A stretch of DNA of 11,547 nucleotides from an uncultured Fibrobacterota bacterium (GTDB lineage Bacteria > Fibrobacterota > Chitinivibrionia > Chitinivibrionales > FEN-1185). The position numbers and the translations under genes are program-made. The stretch covers positions 1 through 11,547 of the forward strand of contig CAVWBU010000029.1 in assembly GCA_963753345.1 (NCBI GenBank). Direction: 5' to 3'. Positions 6,443 through 11,547 of this stretch are shown here, piece after piece (position 1 is the first letter of the stretch; every line of letters begins with the position of its first letter). Below the pieces are notes generated by a model. That model worked only from the letters and a program-made list of their open reading frames with translations, had not been told where the DNA came from and did not search any database.

Positions 6443-7389
6443 GGGGTCTGCTTCTTGGTCTCCTTCTTGAATCCAAGCTTGAGCCTGAGCTTGAGACCGT
6501 CCTGCTGCACATCGGACACCAGCGCATCGAGGTCCGCCACCGCTTTTTTGAGATCTTTGTAAAACTGTTCGTCGCTCACGAGCGCGCCGAGGGAACCCTC
6601 GCCGCGCTCTATTTTTTTGACCATGGCCTGCAGCGAAGCGGTGATGGTGTCCACCGTGGACACGATGGCCACGGCGCGCGACGAAAGTGCGGTGCCGTTG
6701 GCCACGATGGTGTTGATCTGGGCCCTGTTCGAATCGAGGAGCTGCCGCATATCCGACGTGACTGCCTTGACATTCGAGATGCTCGCGTCGATCTTTCCCT
6801 TGTTGTCGCGCACCAGGGTCTGGGCGAGCCTGGACACGGTGTCGAGCCTTCCGACGATGTGCCTGAACGCCGCGAAAAACGCGGAATCTCCCACGGTGCT
6901 GTCGACGATGGCCGACACGTTGGCGAGAAGCACGCGCGCATCGCCGAGTACCGATCCGAGCATGCCCATGGCCTCGGCAATGCCGCTGTCGAAGTTCCCC
7001 TTTATGTAGGTGATCTTGCCTCTGGCGCTCGGCCGGATGACGGTTCCCTTTTCGGAAAGCTGGATGCCCACGGTGCGCTCGCCCATGAGGCCTATGTTCT
7101 GCACCGTGATGGTCGACGAATCGGTGATATGTACGTCCTTGTCAACCTTGATCACCACGGTTACCCGGGAGCCGTTGAGGGCGATGGGGCCGACAACGCC
7201 CTTGCGCACGCCGTTCACCTGCACGGGGTCGCCCTGCTGGAGCGAGCCGATGTTGGGGAAAAGCACGGTGTATTCCACCATGGAACGCGTGAGCGTGGAG
7301 CTCTTGAGCCACATCACGCCGGCAATAAGGATAAAGAGCGCGATGAGGATGAAACCGCCCACAATGAGTTCCATGTTGGTCTTTTTCAC
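6439..7389 (-). CDS. MlaD/MCE-family lipid transport protein
   Basis: N-terminal TM (ELIVGGFILIALFILIAG), MCE motifs (GSLQQGDPVQVNGVRKG.V; GLMGERTV.I), helical C-terminus with GEGSLGALVSD. The GTG start at 7389 follows AAGGA and is preferred over the ORF start at 7455. Confidence 0.9.
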   Translation of the reverse strand: MKKTNMELIVGGFILIALFILIAGVMWLKSSTLTRSMVEYTVLFPNIGSLQQGDPVQVNGVRKGVVGPIALNGSRVTVVIKVDKDVHITDSSTITVQNIGLMGERTVGIQLSEKGTVIRPSARGKITYIKGNFDSGIAEAMGMLGSVLGDARVLLANVSAIVDSTVGDSAFFAAFRHIVGRLDTVSRLAQTLVRDNKGKIDASISNVKAVTSDMRQLLDSNRAQINTIVANGTALSSRAVAIVSTVDTITASLQAMVKKIERGEGSLGALVSDEQFYKDLKKAVADLDALVSDVQQDGLKLRLKLGFKKETKKQTP

Positions 7390-7468
7390 GCGGCATCCTT
7401 TCGGGATTGCACCGGCGAGCGGGCCGGGGTGGTCGCTCCACCGCCGGCTGCCCAAGGATTCTTCTTAT

Positions 7469-7630
7469 GGGGACCTCTAAATATTCCTTTTCCGTTGCGG
7501 CTGGCTGCGAGCGGCATCAACTTTGTTGCTCCTCCTCGCCGTAGCGCCCATGGCTACGCCTCCTCGGAGCGCCTCGTCGCTGCTCGCTCTCGCTCAGCCT
7601 CACTTGAAAAACGAATAATTAGAGCTCCCC
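7469..7630. mobile_element. 162-bp MITE-like palindromic element with 4-bp TTAT flanking duplication
   Basis: TIRs GGGGACCTCTAAATATTC and (reverse complement) GGGGAGCTCTAATTATTC match at 16/18. TTAT lies at 7465-7468 and 7631-7634. Internal arms are self-complementary and there is no ORF. Confidence 0.75.
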
Positions 7631-7756
7631 TTATGTAAAATACGTTTTTCGTCCGTCGCTCTTATAGTACTTTTTCCATTGCGCGACGATTCGATGTACC
7701 TTGACCGGACGCTCCGAAACGTTTCTTCGCGTTGCGGTTGTTTCACATTCTCGTAC

Positions 7757-8080
7757 TTATTTTTTTTCCTCGTCTTTTTGGGACCCGGCGCCCTTGTGGC
7801 TCTTGATCTTCTCGTTGATCTTCTTAAGCTGCCGTTCCACTTTGGTTATTGCAAGGTCTATCGCCTTTCCCAGATTCTCGGCCTTCGCATTTCCCGCAAC
7901 CGTGTGTCCCGCCATATGCACCACGATCTCTATGATTTCCTTGCCCCGTTCCTTGTCGAGAACAACGTGACATGACGTGATGCGATCATAGAATCTCTGG
8001 AGTCCTTCCAGCTCGGCGGTAAGCGTGTCCTGCAGGCTCTGCGACGCTTTTTCGTGGCGGGACGTGATTTGAATTTCCAT
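7757..8080 (-). CDS. hpf: Ribosome hibernation promoting factor / RaiA (short form)
   Basis: MEIQITSRH...L.RFYDRITSCHVVL...AIDLAITKVERQLKKINEK. GAAGGA RBS before the ATG at 8080. Usual location downstream of rpoN. Confidence 0.92.
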   Translation of the reverse strand: MEIQITSRHEKASQSLQDTLTAELEGLQRFYDRITSCHVVLDKERGKEIIEIVVHMAGHTVAGNAKAENLGKAIDLAITKVERQLKKINEKIKSHKGAGSQKDEEKK

Positions 8081-8210
8081 GAATACCATCCTTCCGGTTG
8101 TTTTGGTTCTCTTGTTAATTGTCGGTTAATAAACTGGGCGTTGCCTTGTTCCATTCTTTGCACAAAAACCGCGAAGCAGCTTTAATATCTGTATTGTTTC
8201 TCTTTCACTC

Positions 8211-9104
8211 TCAACTTTTAACTTCTTTCATCATCTTTTCTGCTCCGTACGAGCTCCGCACAAACGGACCGGAACTCACCTCTGTAAAGCCGATGCCCAG
8301 CGCGAAATCCCGATAGTCTACGAACTGCTGCGGCGCGATGAAATCTGCAACGGCTATCTGGGATTTCGACGGCCGAAGGTACTGGCCTATGGTCACCATG
8401 CTGCACCCGGCCGTGCGCATGTCGACAAGGGTACGTTCGACTTCTGCGGTAGTTTCGCCAAGACCGACCATGAGACCGGACTTTACTCTAAGGTCCGCTC
8501 CGCATTCCGCGGCACGCGCAAGGATATCAAGCGACCTGCGGTACTGTGCCTGGGGCCGCACAGCCGGATACAGGCGCGGAACGGTTTCCACGTTGTGGTT
8601 GAATACATGCGGCCGCGCACCGAGCACGAGATCAAGAGCCTCCTGGTTCCCTCCAAAATCCGGCACAAGCACTTCCACCGAAACGACCGGAAGCTGTTCC
8701 CTGATGATCCCGATGATTTCCGCGAACACGTGCGCGCCGCCGTCGGCAAGGTCGTCGCGCGTGACCGACGTCACCACGGCATGGGTTATCCCCATGCGGC
8801 GGACCGCCTCCGCCACGCGGCGCGGCTCGTCTTTGTCAAGAGGCCGCGGGGAACCGTGCGCAATCCCGCAGAACGCGCACGAGCGCGTGCAGGTGTTTCC
8901 CAGGATAAGAAACGTGGCCGTGCCCCTGCCGAAGCATTCGCTTCGGTTGGGGCATTTCGCCTCGGCGCACACGGTGTGAAGGCGGCCGTCCAGCAGCGAC
9001 TTTTCAAGCTGTTGAGCGACAGGGGACGCGACGAGCGGCCGCTTGAGCCACGGCGGCAGCCTATGGGAGACGGTCGGGGGCGGGCTGGTGCGCATGTCAA
9101 TCAT
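8211..9104 (-). CDS. lipA: Lipoyl synthase (radical SAM)
   Basis: LHTVCAEAKCPNRSEC (CX4CX5C), CTRSCAFC (CX3CX2C), VTSVTRDDL.DGGA, NHNVETVPRLY, TIGQYLRPS and VRSSY motifs. Confidence 0.97.
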   Translation of the reverse strand: MIDMRTSPPPTVSHRLPPWLKRPLVASPVAQQLEKSLLDGRLHTVCAEAKCPNRSECFGRGTATFLILGNTCTRSCAFCGIAHGSPRPLDKDEPRRVAEAVRRMGITHAVVTSVTRDDLADGGAHVFAEIIGIIREQLPVVSVEVLVPDFGGNQEALDLVLGARPHVFNHNVETVPRLYPAVRPQAQYRRSLDILARAAECGADLRVKSGLMVGLGETTAEVERTLVDMRTAGCSMVTIGQYLRPSKSQIAVADFIAPQQFVDYRDFALGIGFTEVSSGPFVRSSYGAEKMMKEVKS

Positions 9105-10524
9105 ATTTCTGTCTCATGCGCGCGGGAAGGATCTTCTGCTGCTCCCGGTATTTTGCCACGGTCCTGCGCGCCACCGTAAACCCCTCGCGGGCGAGGATTT
9201 CCGACAGCTTCTGGTCGCTCATCGGCTTTTTGGTGTTTTCGTTCTGCACGAGCTCGCCGATGCGGTTGCGGATCTTTTCGGCCGACACGTCCTCGCCGGC
9301 GAGGTCGTGACCCATGGATTCGGTGAAAAAGTACTTGAGTTCGTAAATCCCGTGCGGCGTTTGCACATACTTGTTGCTCGTGACGCGGCTCACGGTTGAA
9401 ATGTGCATGTTCACCATGGTGGCGATGTCCTGCAGCTTGAGCGGGTTGAGGTTGGGCGGGCCCTTTTCGAAAAAGTCCTTCTGCCGCTCGACAATGGCCG
9501 ACATCACGCGGAGCATGGTGGTGCGGCGCTGCTCAATCGAACGCACGAGCCACGACGCGCCGTTGAGCTTTTCCCGTATGTAGTTCTTCACTTCCTTTTT
9601 GGCCGGACTGCCGCGCTTGAGAAGCTGAAGGTACGACCGGTTGATGTGGACCGCGGGCGTGTGGCGGTCGTTGAGCATCACCACGTACTCGCCGTCAACC
9701 TTTTCCACGATGAGGTCGGGCACGATGGTCGACGGAATTTCGCCGGTGACCAGCGAACCCGGTTTGGGATGGAGGGTCTTGATCTCGTCGATGGCCGCCT
9801 GCACTTCCCGGACGTCAACCCCGCACTGCCGTGCTATTTCGGGAACCTTGAGCTTCTCGAACAGCTCCCACGTTTCGGTGATGATGCGCATGGCAAGGGA
9901 GTTCTCCCGGTGCCGGGCGGCAAGCTGGAGCCTGAGGCATTCCTGCAGCGACCGGGCGCCCATGCCCGCGGGTTCCATGGTCCATATCACCTTGAGCGCC
10001 TCTTCCACCTCGATCTCGGTGATGCCGAGATATTCCGCGATGTCGTGAGGGGAAAGGCGGAGGTACCCGTCGGGCTCCAGGCTGCCGATGAGAAAGGTGA
10101 CCAGCAGTTTCTGTTTTTCTTCGATGTTCTTGTCGTTGAGCTGTGTGGTGAGGTGTTCGTCGAGCGAAACCTGCTGCACCGGCTGCGGCTCCCAGTGCTC
10201 CTTGTTCGGGTCGGTCTCCTCGCTCATTTTCCCGCCGATGTCGAACCCCTCCTCGAGGTATTCCTCCCAGTCAATCTGGTCCTCGTTGACCTCGAGCTCC
10301 TCTTCACTGTCCTTTTCCGCAACCTCGTCCTGGGATTCCTCGTCCTTCTCCTCCGGTTCCTCCTCGGCGTCGTCGGTGGTCTCGAGCACCGGGTTCATCT
10401 CCAGCTCGGTCTTGAGCAGCTGCTCGAGCTGCAGGGTGTTCACCTGCAGAAGCTTGAGCGACTGTATCATCTGAAAGGACAGCTTCTGCTGAAGCCGCAT
10501 TGAGAGGTCGAGGCCGAGGTTCAC
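9097..10524 (-). CDS. rpoN: RNA polymerase sigma-54 factor
   Basis: Q/L-rich region I, acidic region II, HISTVSRVTSNKY HTH and the RpoN box ARRTVAKYRE. Confidence 0.98.
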   Translation of the reverse strand: MNLGLDLSMRLQQKLSFQMIQSLKLLQVNTLQLEQLLKTELEMNPVLETTDDAEEEPEEKDEESQDEVAEKDSEEELEVNEDQIDWEEYLEEGFDIGGKMSEETDPNKEHWEPQPVQQVSLDEHLTTQLNDKNIEEKQKLLVTFLIGSLEPDGYLRLSPHDIAEYLGITEIEVEEALKVIWTMEPAGMGARSLQECLRLQLAARHRENSLAMRIITETWELFEKLKVPEIARQCGVDVREVQAAIDEIKTLHPKPGSLVTGEIPSTIVPDLIVEKVDGEYVVMLNDRHTPAVHINRSYLQLLKRGSPAKKEVKNYIREKLNGASWLVRSIEQRRTTMLRVMSAIVERQKDFFEKGPPNLNPLKLQDIATMVNMHISTVSRVTSNKYVQTPHGIYELKYFFTESMGHDLAGEDVSAEKIRNRIGELVQNENTKKPMSDQKLSEILAREGFTVARRTVAKYREQQKILPARMRQKYD

Positions 10525-10552
10525 GGGAATTCCAGTCCTTTTATTGCGCTAC

Positions 10553-10594
10553 TCAAATTTCATGCCATAAAACACCTTCTATAAAACTATATCA
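10553..10594 (-). promoter_or_regulatory. rpoN upstream region: extended -10 (TGATATAGT) followed by a sigma54 -24/-12-like site (TGGCATGAAATTTGA)
   Basis: Minus-strand TGATATAGT at 10594-10586. TGGCATG-AAAT-TTGA at 10567-10553 is GG-N10-GA, against the consensus TGGCACG-N4-TTGC. Confidence 0.55.
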
Positions 10595-10687
10595 TGAAAA
10601 AATGGAAATAAAACAGTGGGAAAGTAAAATGAGGAAATTTCAATTGAAGGGGAGGTTCAGCTTGTCTTGAAACACGAGAGAAGATAT

Positions 10688-10857
10688 GGGCGCCCCGCCG
10701 AAGACGGCGGCGGCCCTCCTTCCGGTCTCGGCCTGCGGCCTCGGGCCGCCACGGCCCTATGCCTTTTGTAGAAACGCAGCGCCGCTGTGTCTCTACAAAA
10801 GGCGGGTCCGGGCGGCATCGCGCTCCAGCGCGACCTCCAGTCCGGCCTGGCGCGCGG
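10688..10857. repeat. GC-rich multi-hairpin element with a nested GTAG-type REP hairpin
   Basis: Hairpins CCGCCG-AAGA-CGGCGG, GGCC-TGC-GGCC and TCGCGCT-CC-AGCGCGA, plus a central 43-nt palindrome at 10761-10803 (19/21) enclosed by GCCGCC/GGCGGC. Confidence 0.7.
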
Positions 10858-11059
10858 CATCAGAAACGCGTTCTGTCAATGAGTTTTTCTCGCGCCAATT
10901 GGGATTTTTTGGCAGGAAAGCGGTCACTGGTGTGTCCCAAACGGTTGGCTTCCCCCGGGGAGGGGATGAGGCGAAAGGAGAATTCAATTGATCAGTCTTC
11001 TGTCAACAACTCTCCGCGGGTGCCCTCCAACCGAAGCTTGATACTTGCAACCATTTTTC

Positions 11060-11146
11060 CTAGGGGGTCACCCAGGAGGGGGCAGCGCAGGACACCGCAG
11101 GCCGCAGGCCGAGGAGGCCGGAGCGAGGGGGAAACTTCCCCCGCCC
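11060..11146. repeat. Second structured GC-rich element downstream of the lptB stop
   Basis: GGGGGAA-AC-TTCCCCC hairpin. AGGCCGCAGGCCGAG (11099-11113) is the exact reverse complement of 10727-10741. Confidence 0.6.
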
Positions 11147-11172
11147 AAACCAATATTTTTTTCCATTATCAA

Positions 11173-11547
11173 TTAATCTAATTTGAATTTCTGCCCCAAA
11201 TAAATCCTCCTCGCCTCCGGGTTCTCCGCGAGTTCCTTCGAAGTCCCGGAAATGAGGATCTTCCCTTCGGATATTATATACGCACGGTCGGTGATCCTTA
11301 ACGTCTCACGCACATTATGATCCGTAATCAAAATCCCATAGTTCTTACTTCGTAAGTCATGCACGATGCTCTGGATGTCTTCCACCGCAATGGGGTCTAT
11401 GCCGGCGAACGGCTCGTCGAGCAAAATGAAATCGGGCTTGTTGGCGAGCGCGCGGGCGATTTCCACGCGGCGGCGCTCGCCGCCGGAAAGCTGGTACCCG
11501 AGACTCTTTTCCAGATGCGACACATGCAGTTCTTCGAGCAATTGGTG
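11173..11547 (-). CDS. lptB: LPS export ABC transporter ATP-binding protein, C-terminal part (runs off the window)
   Basis: [40 protein letters not shown] and YLG..F motifs. Usual location upstream of rpoN. Confidence 0.96.
   Translation of the reverse strand, partial: HQLLEELHVSHLEKSLGYQLSGGERRRVEIARALANKPDFILLDEPFAGIDPIAVEDIQSIVHDLRSKNYGILITDHNVRETLRITDRAYIISEGKILISGTSKELAENPEARRIYLGQKFKLD

Noticed and set aside
7390..7455. N-terminal extension of the MlaD-like ORF
   Set aside because: The family-like start (MKKTNMELIVG) and an RBS are at 7389.
8135..8156. Sigma54 promoter upstream of hpf (minus strand TGGAACAAGGCAACGC)
   Set aside because: The GG-GC spacing is 11 rather than 10 and there is no TTGC.
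5274..10503. Long antisense or alternate-frame ORFs (e.g. 5274-5891, 6859-7638, 8338-8979, 9403-10503)
   Set aside because: These are shadow ORFs of well-supported genes, produced by GC-rich codon bias.
10657..11181. ORFs in the lptB-rpoN spacer
   Set aside because: They are translations of GC-rich palindromic elements with low-complexity A/R/P/G content.

Overview
The window reads as two unrelated segments fused at about 2416/2417. The left part (1-2416) looks planctomycete-like. It holds a half REP-like repeat, a 99-aa hypothetical gene and an atypical tRNA-Ser(CGA) with a terminator hairpin. After the tRNA come a frameshifted DDE/rve transposase relic and a BrnT-like toxin/XRE-HTH antitoxin pair; the antitoxin carries four +1 frameshifts and is cut mid-gene. 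The right part starts inside the 5' end of an IS21 istA, followed by the IS left end with five 23-bp repeats. Next is an AT-richer stretch bracketed by a 17-bp direct repeat, holding a probable MNT-HEPN relic and an AbiEi (frameshifted)/AbiEii (intact) type IV TA module, then a lone fcl gene. The rest is a minus-strand cluster lptB(partial)-rpoN-lipA-hpf-mlaD-like-HPr. Its spacers contain a 162-bp MITE, two related highly structured GC-rich elements and a sigma54-like -24/-12 site upstream of rpoN. I found no clearly new protein system; the best candidates for novelty are non-coding. All calls come from reading the sequence, and no database searches were run.
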